Below are positions 1-9,264 of a DNA stretch of 32,000 nt, piece by piece. This DNA comes from Sinorhizobium meliloti. GTDB lineage: Bacteria; Pseudomonadota; Alphaproteobacteria; Rhizobiales; Rhizobiaceae. Numbering within the stretch: position 1 is the stretch's first letter; each line of letters begins with the position of its first letter. The notes under the pieces are model-generated. The model was not told the DNA's origin. It ran no database searches and was given only the letters and a program-made list of their open reading frames with translations. Made by a program: the position numbers and the translations under genes. The stretch spans positions 300,001 to 332,000 of the forward strand of contig NZ_JAGIOS010000003.1 of assembly GCF_017876815.1 (NCBI RefSeq), read 5' to 3'.

Positions 1-244
1 CAAGCCTCGATCGTTCGAGAACAAGCCCTACATTCGCAGCGATCGAGAGAATTTCCTCCATCCAGTGACAAATCGTTTCGACGCCGCGCACCTGAAGCAG
101 GCCGGCGGCACCCTTGAGGCTATGCGCCACTCTTAGAAGCTGTTCCTGCAGATGCCGTTTCCGATCTGCGTCGCCGGACGCCTCAATTGCGAGCACGGCG
201 TTCTCCATCTCCGACGCACGTTCCCGCACTTCTTGAGTGAACAT
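1..244 (-). CDS. cheA: Chemotaxis histidine kinase CheA. Only the N-terminal Hpt (P1) domain is present; the gene runs off the left edge.
   Basis: Hand translation of the minus strand from the ATG at 244-242 gives MFTQEVRERASEMENAVLAIEASGDADRKRHLQEQLLRVAHSLKGAAGLLQVRGVETICHWMEEILSIAANVGLVLERSRL, open to position 1. AHSLKGAAG is the phospho-accepting His box of CheA Hpt domains. The gene starts 25 nt downstream of the MCP stop. It is absent from the ORF track because it has no stop codon in the window. Confidence 0.75.
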   Translation of the reverse strand, partial: MFTQEVRERASEMENAVLAIEASGDADRKRHLQEQLLRVAHSLKGAAGLLQVRGVETICHWMEEILSIAANVGLVLERSRL

Positions 245-269
245 GGTCAATAAGCCGGGGTCGAGTTCT

Positions 270-1910
270 TCAGGTGTTATCATGTTCGTTGCCGTGGTCG
301 GTGAGCATTTCCTTCAGCCTCGAGCCGAGTTCATTCAGATCTTTTGCGGCCTCCTCTGCCTGGCGTATCGCCGAGAGGTTCTGGCTGCTGGTCTGTTCGA
401 TGTAATGCATCGCTTCGTGAATCTGCTTCATTCCGGCGCGTTGCTGACCAGCCGAGGCGGCGATTTGAGCGACCGATCGCGCGGAATCGGCGACGATTGC
501 CTCGAGTTGCCGAATGGTTTCGCCCGCTTCGCTGACCGTCTCGAGCGCACGGCTGACGCTCTTGGATCCATCCTCGGCGCCGATCACCGCGGAGTTTGTC
601 GATTTTTGAATTTCCATGAGGATGCGGCGGACCCTGGTGGTCGCAGATTTCGACTGGTCGGCAAGCGTCCGGATCTCGCTGGCGACAACATTGAAGCCCC
701 TGCCGTGTTCGCCGGCACGCGATGCCTCGATCGCAGCATTCAATGCCAGGAGGTTCGTCTGGTCCGCGATCTCGGCAACGACCGAGACGATTTCGCCGAT
801 TTCGAGGCTGTTTTCCGCAAGCGACAGAATATCCGCAGCGATCGTCTCCGTCCGGGCACTAACGGCATTCATCACCTGCACCGTGTCGTCGAGCGCTCTG
901 CGGCCCTCATTGCTGATCTTGACGGCGTTGTCGTAGGAGGCGGCAACGTGCTGCGCGCGCTGTGCTGCCTGTTCCGACGTCTGCAATACCTCGTCGACGC
1001 TCGTGACCGTCTGGGCAACGGCCGAGGACTGCTCGCGCATGCCTTCGACCTGCTGCGTGGTGCCGGCGAGAATTTCGGCAGCTGACGATGAGAGGTGTTG
1101 CGCCGTTTCAGAAATCGTGGCGAGCAACTTCTCGAGCCGCTCCCTGCTGCCCCGCTCGTTGTCGATCATACCGGCAAGCCTTGCGGTCATCGCGTTGAAG
1201 GAGTCGCCGAGAACCGCGAGCTCGTCGCTGCCCTCCACGGATGCCTTCTGCGCCAGGTCGCCGGCGCTGACCTTTTCCGCCAGGACCGCGAGCGCGCGCG
1301 TGCGGCGGGCCAGACGGCGCACGACCCGCAGCACGTGAAGGAGCAGCAGCAGGGCGAGTGCCGAAAAACCAAACTGCAGCAATTGGGAGCGCTGGAGCCG
1401 GGTCACTCCGGCCTGTTCGATGCGGCTGATCAATCCGTCCAGACGCGCCGCAAACGCTCTGATCACGGGATCCAGCTCGTCCAGTGCGCCGCGACTGCGC
1501 GGTGCGCTGGCCATAACGCTTTCCAGACCGGGCCTGACTTCATCCAGCCATTGTTGGCGGGCTTGCTCAAGCTGCGTGAGAGCAGCAGGATCGTTCGCCG
1601 CCGCCAGACCGATCCCTTCTTCGCTATTCGCCAGGCTCGCAAGAAGCCGCTCATTGCGAGCCATCAACCGGCGCAGCTCATCGGTAGCAGCGGCCCGAGC
1701 CGGACCCTCCGCTCGTTCCAGGTGACTGGCCGTGTAGATCATCTGGTAGGCGAGCCGTTCCTTGCCAAGCGAGGACGTTGCCGCGAGATCGGCCCGCACG
1801 CGTTCCAGAGCAATGAAGCTGGACCCGACAAGCAGCGCCGATGCTGCCAGGAATAGGAGCATTGCCAACCCCAATGCGCCATAGAGGCTATTCGCTGGTC
1901 GGGGACTCAT
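270..1910 (-). CDS. Methyl-accepting chemotaxis protein: two TM segments, a ~170-aa periplasmic helical sensor, a HAMP domain and an MCP signalling domain.
   Basis: The track ORF is 270..1979. It carries the highly conserved hairpin-tip motif [43 protein letters not shown]1 is [19 protein letters not shown] and TM2 is [15 protein letters not shown], followed by a HAMP-like segment ([17 protein letters not shown]). I prefer the ATG at 1910 ([11 protein letters not shown]...), which has an AAGGA about 10 nt upstream. The 1979 start would overlap cheW by 92 nt. There is no C-terminal NWETF-type pentapeptide. Confidence 0.93.
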   Translation of the reverse strand: MSPRPANSLYGALGLAMLLFLAASALLVGSSFIALERVRADLAATSSLGKERLAYQMIYTASHLERAEGPARAAATDELRRLMARNERLLASLANSEEGIGLAAANDPAALTQLEQARQQWLDEVRPGLESVMASAPRSRGALDELDPVIRAFAARLDGLISRIEQAGVTRLQRSQLLQFGFSALALLLLLHVLRVVRRLARRTRALAVLAEKVSAGDLAQKASVEGSDELAVLGDSFNAMTARLAGMIDNERGSRERLEKLLATISETAQHLSSSAAEILAGTTQQVEGMREQSSAVAQTVTSVDEVLQTSEQAAQRAQHVAASYDNAVKISNEGRRALDDTVQVMNAVSARTETIAADILSLAENSLEIGEIVSVVAEIADQTNLLALNAAIEASRAGEHGRGFNVVASEIRTLADQSKSATTRVRRILMEIQKSTNSAVIGAEDGSKSVSRALETVSEAGETIRQLEAIVADSARSVAQIAASAGQQRAGMKQIHEAMHYIEQTSSQNLSAIRQAEEAAKDLNELGSRLKEMLTDHGNEHDNT

Positions 1911-2556
1911 GGAACTCGGTCCTTTCCGTCTCGTCGCTGGCGGTGATCTGCTCATCCTCAAGAAAGAAGCGGCGGTCATCCAAAAGGCGGCGGCCGTCGA
2001 GAATGACCGCCCCGATTTTCGTCGCCGCCCAATGCCATGGTTTGCCTGGAGCGGGCTCCGCTGCTCGGATTTCCTCCAGCGGCAGCGTCGATATTTCTGG
2101 GGCGGCTTCGGAAAGTATCAGGAATTCGGGCCGTTCCTGCCCGCACACGATCGCCCAGTCGTCGGCGATACGGGCCTCTTGCGGGAGATCGAGCGGTCCG
2201 CGCAGATCGAACACGGGAAGCAGTTGACCGCGCAGGTCGTAAACGCCACAGGCATGCGGGGGCATTCCGGGGAGCGGGCTGACGCGTGCCCTCGAAACGA
2301 TTTCGCAAACGTAGCGGATCTCCAAGGCAAAGTGGCGATCCGCCAGGACGAAGATCACAAGACCGACGGCCTGTTCTTCGCTTTGCCCGGCGGATACGTC
2401 AACGGCCACACGGGGTGATCGTTGCTCGTATTGCGCTTCCGAATCCTGTTGTGCCGCTTCCAGAAGCGCCTCCGTCTGTTCTATCGCGGCTGCCATACGG
2501 CTTCTGACGGCGGTCCAGTCGAGCGGACGCGCGGCGGGACGGCAAGGTGTCTTCAT
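1888..2556 (-). CDS. cheW: CheW-like coupling protein with a ~65-aa N-terminal extension.
   Basis: The CheW domain is visible from [57 protein letters not shown]. Its start codon overlaps the cheR stop (ATGA at 2553-2556). Confidence 0.88.
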   Translation of the reverse strand: MKTPCRPAARPLDWTAVRSRMAAAIEQTEALLEAAQQDSEAQYEQRSPRVAVDVSAGQSEEQAVGLVIFVLADRHFALEIRYVCEIVSRARVSPLPGMPPHACGVYDLRGQLLPVFDLRGPLDLPQEARIADDWAIVCGQERPEFLILSEAAPEISTLPLEEIRAAEPAPGKPWHWAATKIGAVILDGRRLLDDRRFFLEDEQITASDETERTEFHESPTSE

Positions 2557-3983
2557 CCGGCTTCGCTCCCGAGATGTTGGCGTATCGTGGCGATCTCTCG
2601 CCGTGCACGCTGTGCCAGATGGCCGGCCGTTGCCTCGGGCATCAACTCAACGTGTTCGCGCGGCGAGCGAGATAGGCAGGACGAGAGCGCATTTTCGAGG
2701 GCGCGCAGGGCCGCCCGCGGATCGCTGTCCTTGAGGCAGACACCGAGTAAGAACTGTGCAGCCGCCAGTTTGCCGTCGAGATATGCCACCCGCCGGAGTG
2801 CTGCCTTCGCCGCATCGGTCTCGCCGCTGGCCATCCGGGAGACACCTTCAAGGAAGTGCAGTTCCGCTGATAGCGGATGCCTCTCGATCGCTCGGGCGGC
2901 AAGGCGCGCGGCCTCGCGGGGCTCACCCAGGTCGAAACGCGATCGGATTTGCCGGGCGATGGCCTCGGCCGTATCGTCGCCGGTCGTTTTTCCCGAGGCC
3001 GCGGCGCGAGCCCGGGCGAGCGGAACGCCCGCGACCGGGTTGCCGGTTTGGCGTTGGACGGGAGCGACGCACGCGGTCGAGCTTTTGCGTGTGTCCGGAG
3101 CCATGATGCGGCGGTAGACAATGCCCGCGGGCGTGATCGACGTCTCGAAGGGGGCGTATTTCCACAGGGGCGGGTCGGTCGGGGCCGTCAGCAGCCAGCC
3201 GCCATCGGAAAGGGAACCCAGAAGCTGACGGGCGATGCGGCGCACTGCGCTCGCTTCGAGATAGACGAGCACGTTGCGGCAAAGGATCAAATCGAAGTCA
3301 GACAATCGCTTTTCCGGTGCCGGAAGCGCGTCGGTGCCGAGGTTCAGATGAGCGAAGTCGACCTGCCGGCGCAATCGCTCGTTCAGTCGAAAACGCCCCT
3401 CGCACGAAGTGAAATACCGCTGCCTCAGCCTCGGGCCCGTATTCCTCAAGGCCCACTCGCCGTAGTCGCCAGCCTTGGCCGCGGCGAGAGCCCTCCTCGA
3501 AATATCGGCTGCATCGATCCGGACGCCGTCCAAGAGGCCTTCCTCTTCGCATAGAATGGCAAGCGAATACGGTTCCTCGCCCGTCGCGCAGCCGACGCTC
3601 CAGATTCGCAGAGGAGACCCCTCGGGCCGACGTCGCAGCAATTCCGGGAGAATTGTTTGCCGTATCAGCTCGAATTGCTCGGGCCCGCGGAAGAAATGCG
3701 TTTCGGCAACTGTGACCGCGGAGATCACGTCCTCGGTCAAATCCTCGTCCGATCCCAGCCGGTCGAGAAGCAAGCGACCCTCGCCAATGCCGCGCCGCAC
3801 CATGACCCGGTCTATCGCCGAAGCGACGGTTTCTTTCCGGGATGCCGAGAAGCTCAGGCCGACCCTGCCTGCAACCTGTTCAGCGAGCTCCAGCGACGGG
3901 CCGTGCCTGGTCACTGGACACCTCGTTGCCCGTTCGGGATGAAGCTCTCTGTCGAAACCGGCTGGCGCATTTTCGTTCCACAT
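2553..3983 (-). CDS. cheR: CheR-type chemoreceptor glutamate methyltransferase fused to a C-terminal TPR-like domain.
   Basis: It has a SAM-binding motif (RIWSVGCATGEEPYSLAI) and the CheR core (ILCRNVLVYL). The C-terminal ~150 aa is a helical repeat region (AARLAARAIERHPLSAELHFLEGVSRMASGETDAAKAALRRVAYLDGKLAAAQFLLGVCL) of the kind seen in WspC/FrzF-type CheRs. An internal GTG start is possible. Confidence 0.92.
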   Translation of the reverse strand: MWNENAPAGFDRELHPERATRCPVTRHGPSLELAEQVAGRVGLSFSASRKETVASAIDRVMVRRGIGEGRLLLDRLGSDEDLTEDVISAVTVAETHFFRGPEQFELIRQTILPELLRRRPEGSPLRIWSVGCATGEEPYSLAILCEEEGLLDGVRIDAADISRRALAAAKAGDYGEWALRNTGPRLRQRYFTSCEGRFRLNERLRRQVDFAHLNLGTDALPAPEKRLSDFDLILCRNVLVYLEASAVRRIARQLLGSLSDGGWLLTAPTDPPLWKYAPFETSITPAGIVYRRIMAPDTRKSSTACVAPVQRQTGNPVAGVPLARARAAASGKTTGDDTAEAIARQIRSRFDLGEPREAARLAARAIERHPLSAELHFLEGVSRMASGETDAAKAALRRVAYLDGKLAAAQFLLGVCLKDSDPRAALRALENALSSCLSRSPREHVELMPEATAGHLAQRARREIATIRQHLGSEAG

Positions 3984-4067
3984 ACATTGACTGCTGTCGT
4001 CACTACGTCCTGGCGTGCATTTGCGCTATTCGTCCGGATGACCTAGAGGGCGGCCTATCCAAGCGGA

Positions 4068-4751
4068 CTATTGTCGGTTTTCGGTCATCGGCAAAAGACG
4101 TGCTCCGGCTGCGGCCGCCTCCTGGCGGTTCCTGACCCGCAGGCTTCGGAATAGTGCTGCCATGTGGATCTTCACGGTGCCTTCGCCGAGTTTCAGCTTG
4201 CGTGCGATTTCCTTGTTCGAGAAGCCCTGTACAAGGAGCTGCAAGACTTCGCGCTGCCTCGGCGTGAGGAATTCGATCGTACGGTGGCGTTCGTTCTGGA
4301 CGCCCCCGCCAGGCGCGGGCGTCTCTGCCTCGGAAGGGGAGGCGCGGCCTGCGATGGAGGGCGGGACATAGACGGATCCGTTGAGAATGGCGCGAACCGC
4401 CTCGGCGAGATCGGTCGCGCCGAGCCCCTTGGGGACATAACCGTTTATGCCTGCCGTCAGGGCGGAGAGGATATCCGATCGACGCGACGATGCCGAAACG
4501 ACCGCGACTTTCAAATCCGGGTGGACGTCGCGCACGGCAGCAAGGCTGGCAACGCTTTGCATGCCCGGCATCGCCAGGTCGAATAGTGCCAGCGAGACGT
4601 CTTCGCGTTCGGAAAGCCTCTCGATTGCCTCGTCGAGTGACCCAGTCTCGATAATCTCGGTAAAGCGCAATTTGCTCTTCAAAATGAAGCCAAGCGCAAT
4701 CCTGAAGAATTCATCGTCATCGGCAATAAGTGCGACGCCTGAGGCATTCAT
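4068..4751 (-). CDS. NarL/FixJ-family response regulator (REC domain plus LuxR-type HTH).
   Basis: REC motifs are present: ALIADDDEFFR and a phospho-acceptor context LALFDLAMPGM. The LuxR HTH is LTPRQREVLQLLVQGFSNKEIARKLKLGEGTVKIHMAALFRSL. The track ORF extends to a GTG at 4883, but that 44-codon extension has low GC3 and no RBS. The ATG at 4751 has GGGGA 7 nt upstream and gives a typical length of 227 aa. Confidence 0.9.
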   Translation of the reverse strand: MNASGVALIADDDEFFRIALGFILKSKLRFTEIIETGSLDEAIERLSEREDVSLALFDLAMPGMQSVASLAAVRDVHPDLKVAVVSASSRRSDILSALTAGINGYVPKGLGATDLAEAVRAILNGSVYVPPSIAGRASPSEAETPAPGGGVQNERHRTIEFLTPRQREVLQLLVQGFSNKEIARKLKLGEGTVKIHMAALFRSLRVRNRQEAAAAGARLLPMTENRQ

Positions 4752-4941
4752 TACGCTATCCCCGCTCGCTGGCTCACGCCAAGGGCTTCCGAACCCGTCT
4801 AGTCGACTTGCAACTAACGATCGTCTCCGCGAATGAGTTCCCGCCATTTCCATCAATGACTGGTAGTAATTGGATTGTGCCACACACGCCGCGAGACGTG
4901 TAGGGCTAATTCCTGCCCTGTTGGCAACTGCGGCAATCGAG

Positions 4942-7900
4942 TTAGAGGGAACCGGCCGCGATCAGCTTGGAAATTTCCGCGGCGGGCAGGGGGCGAGAAA
5001 AGAGGTAGCCCTGCACCTCATTGAAGCCCTCCGAATCCACCACCGCCAGCTGATCCTCCGTTTCGACGCCCTCGACCGAGGTCGTCATGCCAAGGCTTTG
5101 CCCAAGGCCCGCGACGGCCTTGACGATCGCGAGGGACTCCTTGCCGTGCGGCAGGTCCCGGACAAAGGCCTGGTCAACCTTGATCTTGTCGAACGGAAAG
5201 CTGCGCAAGTACCCAAGTGAGGAATAACCCGTTCCGAAATCGTCCATCGCGATCTTGACGCCGAGCCTTCGCAAGTCCTGTAGCAGCTCGAGATTATGCT
5301 CACTCTCGTCCAGGAGAACCGTTTCCGTGATCTCCAGTTGCAGACGAGCGGGATCAAGCCGGGTGGCTGAAAGGGCCTTGGCGACGGCCCTCACCAGGTT
5401 GCGATGCTTGAACTGGACAGGGGAGAGGTTTACGGCAACACTCACACGTTCCGGCCAGCGCGCGGCCTGGCGGCATGCCTCGCCCAGGATCCACTCGCCA
5501 ATCGGAACGATCAAGCCGGTTTCTTCGGCAATTGGAATGAATTCGGACGGGGCGATCATTCCACGGTCGGGGTGCCGCCATCGCAACAACGCCTCGCAGC
5601 AGCTCACGCAACGCGACTCCAAGCTCACCAGCGGCTGATAGTGCAGCTCGAACTCTCCCCTCGCCAGCGCGTCCCGCATTGTGATCTTCATCTGCTGGTG
5701 TGTTTGCAACTGCGCATGCATCGCCACGTCGAAAAGCTTGTAGGTGCCGCGGCCGCTAGATTTCGCACTGTAGAGTGCGATATCAGCCGCCTTGATCAAC
5801 TCATCTGCAGAGGTTCCGTCTTCTGGCGCAAAGGCAATTCCGATGCTGGTCCCGACGGTTGCGGCGGCGCCCTCGATACTGAAGGGCTCGGAAAGGGTAT
5901 CGATCAGTCGCTGTGCGAGGCGGAAAGCTTCGTCACGTGACTCCATCAGAGGTTGTATTATAGCGAATTCGTCACCCCCAAGTCGCGCGACGGTTTCCGT
6001 GCTCCTGACTGCCTGGATCAGTCTTGTGGAAACCTGGCGCAGTAAAGCGTCGCCGGCCGGATGGCCGAGCGTGTCGTTGACGGCCTTGAAGCCGTCAAGG
6101 TCCAGGCAGAGCACTGCCATACGCGCATGGTTGCTCTCGTTCAGCGCTTCCTCGAAGCATTCGCGGAAGAACATCCGGTTCGCGAGGCCCGTGAGCATGT
6201 CGTGCCTGGCCATATGCGCCATCTGCTTTTGGGCGAGCAGGGTGTCTTCTTCCGCGCGACGCCGCTCGGTTATGTCTCGGCAGAAAATGGAAATGCCGTC
6301 TCGCGTTGGGGAGGCGTTCGCTTCGACCCAGCGGCCGAGCGACGACAAATGGTCCTCAAAAAAGGAGCGGACCCGTCGGTCCATCACTTCGCGGCAATGC
6401 TTGGCGAAGCTCCCCTCCTCCTCTTCGGGGAAGAGTTTCCAGAACACTCTTCCGAGGGCCTCGTCTCCGACCTGCAGGAGCTTCCGGGCATTCTCGTTGA
6501 GATAGCGCACGCGCCAGTCTGCGTCGAGCAGCATGACGCTATCCATGGTGCTCTCGAGAACCGAGGAAAGTTGGTCGGCAGCGGCTTCGGCGTGCCTTTG
6601 CGCACGGCTGATTTCGTCGCTTGCTCGCTTGGCATCGGTAATGTCGCGCCAGATCGACAGGATTCTGAACGGCTTTCCGTGATGGTCTGTGATCGGGGCC
6701 GAGATCACGTCCATGCATCTTTCTTCACCGCCAGCATCCCGAACGGAAATCTCGAAACGCGCTGTCTTGCCGCGTCTGACGCTTTCCCAGGCCGCCTCGA
6801 CCTTGTCGGCGTCGGAAGCTCGCCCGATTGAGTCCCATGTCTGCCCCGTCACCGGCGCGCCTTCATTCAGTCCGAAGATACGCCGCCCGGCCTCGTTCAT
6901 GAGCAGGGGCCGTCCCTCCATGTCGAGCACGCGCACACAGTCGGGGCTGCTGTCAAAGATGCTTCTGATAAACGCCTGAGCTTCCTGTTGAGCGATCTCC
7001 GCGGCTCGGCGTTCCGTGATGTCGAGAACGGATCCAACATAACCGAGGAAGGTTCCGTCGGGGGAGAAGCGCGGTTGCCCGACGTCGATGACCCATGCCC
7101 AGCTTCCGTCGGCTCGTCGCAACCGGTACTCGCTGCGCACCGGTTCCTTGCCCGCAGTCGCCCTAAAGAATGTCTCCTGGACTGCCTGGCGGTCATCGGG
7201 ATGGATGACGTCGACCCAACCGAAACCGAGCGCCTCAGCCTCTGTTTGCCCAGTCGTTTCCAACCACAAGCGATTAAAGAAGCTTGTGTCGCCTGTGGGG
7301 TCCGCTACCCAGATCATGACGGGGGCGTCGTCAGCGATGGCTCGAAAGCGGGCCTCGCTTTCGCGCAAGTCGTCGGCAGCGCGCCGCCTTTCGTCGATAT
7401 CCTCCAAAACGCCGTACCAGCGCACGATTTTTCCATCCGCGTCACGCTTTGCGGCTGCGCGAGCGCGGAACCATCGATAATCGCCGGTCTTGGTCAAGAG
7501 CCTGAATTCGCAGTCGAACGGTGCACCGCTTGCCAGGGACCGGCGCCATTCCTCTTGCAAAGCCTCCGCGTCCTGCGGATGAACCGCTTTGGCCCATCCG
7601 CTGCCGAGTGTCTCTTTTTCGCCCAGTCCGGTCAGTTCGCTCCATCGCGGGCCAACCTCCAGGACCTCTCCCGCCGTGTCTGCGGTCCAGGGAACTTGCG
7701 GGTGAAGGTCGACCAGAGAGCGATAATGCTCTTCGCTCGCTCGGAGGGTCTCTTCGGTCCTGCGCAGGTTGGTGATATCCACGATCGTTACGACCACGAA
7801 CTTCTCTTGTGTCGAACCGGCGGGAATGCTCACGCACCGTTTTTTCGTCAGGAGCGTGCGCTGTGTCCCATCGGGCGTCGTGATTTGCTCTTCGAGCTCG

Positions 7901-8157
7901 TGGCCTTCGCTTGTCGAAAGTACGATCCTGTCGAGCGAGACGATCCTGTCTGCCTGCTCCCCCGGTAATATGTCGTGGTCGGTCCGTCCAATGAGCTGGT
8001 TCCGGTCTTTCCCCAGAAGGTCGCATGCCGCGTCGTTGATGAAGACGAACCGTGACGCATCGTCCTTGATAATCACCGGTTCGGCGATGCCATCCAAAAG
8101 CCGCTGGAAGAGATCATGGGATCTATGGGAGGGCGGTTCGGGCGTCGGTGCGTTCAT
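4942..8157 (-). CDS. Cytoplasmic multi-PAS (about five PAS/PAC modules) GGDEF-EAL protein, a c-di-GMP cyclase/phosphodiesterase.
   Basis: There are repeated PAS/PAC blocks, for example RWFRARAAAKRDADGKIVRWYGVLEDIDERRRA and WAWVIDVGQPRFSPDGTFLGYVGSVLDITERR. The GGDEF motif is intact (RLGGDEFAII) and no RxxD I-site sits upstream of it. The EAL signature residues are intact (CCEALLRW, LQLEITE, DDFGTGYSSL, EGVETEDQ, QGYLFSRP). No TM segments are evident. Confidence 0.95.
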   Translation of the reverse strand: MNAPTPEPPSHRSHDLFQRLLDGIAEPVIIKDDASRFVFINDAACDLLGKDRNQLIGRTDHDILPGEQADRIVSLDRIVLSTSEGHELEEQITTPDGTQRTLLTKKRCVSIPAGSTQEKFVVVTIVDITNLRRTEETLRASEEHYRSLVDLHPQVPWTADTAGEVLEVGPRWSELTGLGEKETLGSGWAKAVHPQDAEALQEEWRRSLASGAPFDCEFRLLTKTGDYRWFRARAAAKRDADGKIVRWYGVLEDIDERRRAADDLRESEARFRAIADDAPVMIWVADPTGDTSFFNRLWLETTGQTEAEALGFGWVDVIHPDDRQAVQETFFRATAGKEPVRSEYRLRRADGSWAWVIDVGQPRFSPDGTFLGYVGSVLDITERRAAEIAQQEAQAFIRSIFDSSPDCVRVLDMEGRPLLMNEAGRRIFGLNEGAPVTGQTWDSIGRASDADKVEAAWESVRRGKTARFEISVRDAGGEERCMDVISAPITDHHGKPFRILSIWRDITDAKRASDEISRAQRHAEAAADQLSSVLESTMDSVMLLDADWRVRYLNENARKLLQVGDEALGRVFWKLFPEEEEGSFAKHCREVMDRRVRSFFEDHLSSLGRWVEANASPTRDGISIFCRDITERRRAEEDTLLAQKQMAHMARHDMLTGLANRMFFRECFEEALNESNHARMAVLCLDLDGFKAVNDTLGHPAGDALLRQVSTRLIQAVRSTETVARLGGDEFAIIQPLMESRDEAFRLAQRLIDTLSEPFSIEGAAATVGTSIGIAFAPEDGTSADELIKAADIALYSAKSSGRGTYKLFDVAMHAQLQTHQQMKITMRDALARGEFELHYQPLVSLESRCVSCCEALLRWRHPDRGMIAPSEFIPIAEETGLIVPIGEWILGEACRQAARWPERVSVAVNLSPVQFKHRNLVRAVAKALSATRLDPARLQLEITETVLLDESEHNLELLQDLRRLGVKIAMDDFGTGYSSLGYLRSFPFDKIKVDQAFVRDLPHGKESLAIVKAVAGLGQSLGMTTSVEGVETEDQLAVVDSEGFNEVQGYLFSRPLPAAEISKLIAAGSL

Positions 8158-8298
8158 GACACGACACTTAGACCGGTGAGGCGCTGTAGCGCATTGAAGA
8201 AATCCCCACTAGGTTGTGCAAACTCGGTCAACTGATCGCGACTGCAAATTGTTCCCGGAGAATAGATACAGCCTCTCCTGCGGCAGGGTACGCGCGCC

Positions 8299-8970
8299 TT
8301 AGACCGCCTCGAGCTTGCTGAACCGAACCGGGATGAGTTGCCGCGCCAGGAATTGCCCTTCCGAATCCTTGTCGATGACAGTCAGCACCTGTTCTTCCGA
8401 ACCCACAGGAAGAACAAGGCGGCCCATTGGCTTGAGCTGCTCGAGCAAAGCCGGAGGCGGCTCCTCAGCCGCCGCCGTGACCAGGATCTTGTCGAATGGA
8501 GCGTGCTCAGGCCAGCCGCGTGAACCGTCGCCGATACGAATGCCGACATTAGACATGCCGAGGCCGTGCAGGAGAGCCTCGGCATGGCTTGCGAATTCCT
8601 CAATGATCTCGACGCTCCAAATCTTCCCGGCGAGTTGAGCGAGGATTGCGGTTTGATAGCCCAGGCCGGTGCCGATCTCAAGCACGGCCTCATGCGGTTT
8701 GGGAGCAAGGAGATCGGTCATGAGTGCGACCATGAAGGGCTGCGACACGGTTTTATCGAAGCCGATCGGAAGCGGCATGTCCTGGTAGGCAAAGGGCGCA
8801 GCTTGGGCGGGCACGAACAGATGCCGCGGTACCCGCAGCATCGCTGCCATTACCCGTTCATCGAGCGCCGCCTTGCCGAGTTCTTCACTTGCAAGGTCGG
8901 CATAGATTGCGACCACCTCGACCATGTGCCTGCGCAGAACGGCGAGGTGCTCTTCGTTCATTGGCTTCAT
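8299..8970 (-). CDS. pcm: Protein-L-isoaspartate O-methyltransferase.
   Basis: Pcm family signatures are present: VSQPFMVALMTDLL, the SAM motif VLEIGTGLGYQTAILAQL, and GDGSRGWPEHAPFDKILVTAA. Confidence 0.93.
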   Translation of the reverse strand: MKPMNEEHLAVLRRHMVEVVAIYADLASEELGKAALDERVMAAMLRVPRHLFVPAQAAPFAYQDMPLPIGFDKTVSQPFMVALMTDLLAPKPHEAVLEIGTGLGYQTAILAQLAGKIWSVEIIEEFASHAEALLHGLGMSNVGIRIGDGSRGWPEHAPFDKILVTAAAEEPPPALLEQLKPMGRLVLPVGSEEQVLTVIDKDSEGQFLARQLIPVRFSKLEAV

Positions 8971-9145
8971 GAGGGCGCGCTCTCCTCAGCCAGTTGGCCG
9001 GCAATGGCCTCTCGAACATTAAAGGGTGACGAGCCTGCAATAGCAAGGCCAAATGGCGCGAACAATTCGCTAGCGATCCGGCGCCGCGCAGGCAAGGTCT
9101 TAAGGGTGTGAGCCGACGGCCGCAGAACGGATAGAGCATCGGAAT

Positions 9146-9199
9146 TTGTCAGAGCGACAATAATCTTGTGAAAAATCCGATACTAGGGCACAATTTGTG
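9146..9199. promoter_or_regulatory. Cluster of TTGT(C/G)/(G/C)ACAA half-sites in an AT-rich patch upstream of nuoJ; candidate operator or promoter region.
   Basis: TTGTC (9146), GACAA (9156) and TTGTG (9166) are spaced exactly 10 bp apart. They are followed by the palindrome CACAA-T-TTGTG (9189-9199). The cluster lies 65-120 nt upstream of the nuoJ ATG. Confidence 0.3.
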
Positions 9200-9264
9200 A
9201 GTGCGGCGCTATCTCGACTCCGGCCGTCTTGCGCCGAGAGTTCGTGGGCGAAAGGTCGGCGTCG

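Noticed and set aside
1911-1979. The longer MCP start at 1979 given by the ORF track.
   Set aside because: It would overlap cheW by 92 nt and add a Ser/Arg/Pro-rich leader ahead of TM1. The ATG at 1910 has an AAGGA RBS and places the start just before the first TM helix.
4862-4882. TGGCAC on the minus strand upstream of the LuxR-type regulator.
   Set aside because: The expected -12 position reads AATTA rather than TTGC, so this is not a credible sigma-54 promoter.
8971-9264. A search for FixK/FNR (TTGA-N6-TCAA) and NifA UAS (TGT-N10-ACA) boxes upstream of nuoJ, and likewise in 16458-16672 and 25884-26236.
   Set aside because: I found no match with correct spacing by eye. Only the TTGTC/GACAA-type repeats stand out, and these are reported as a finding.
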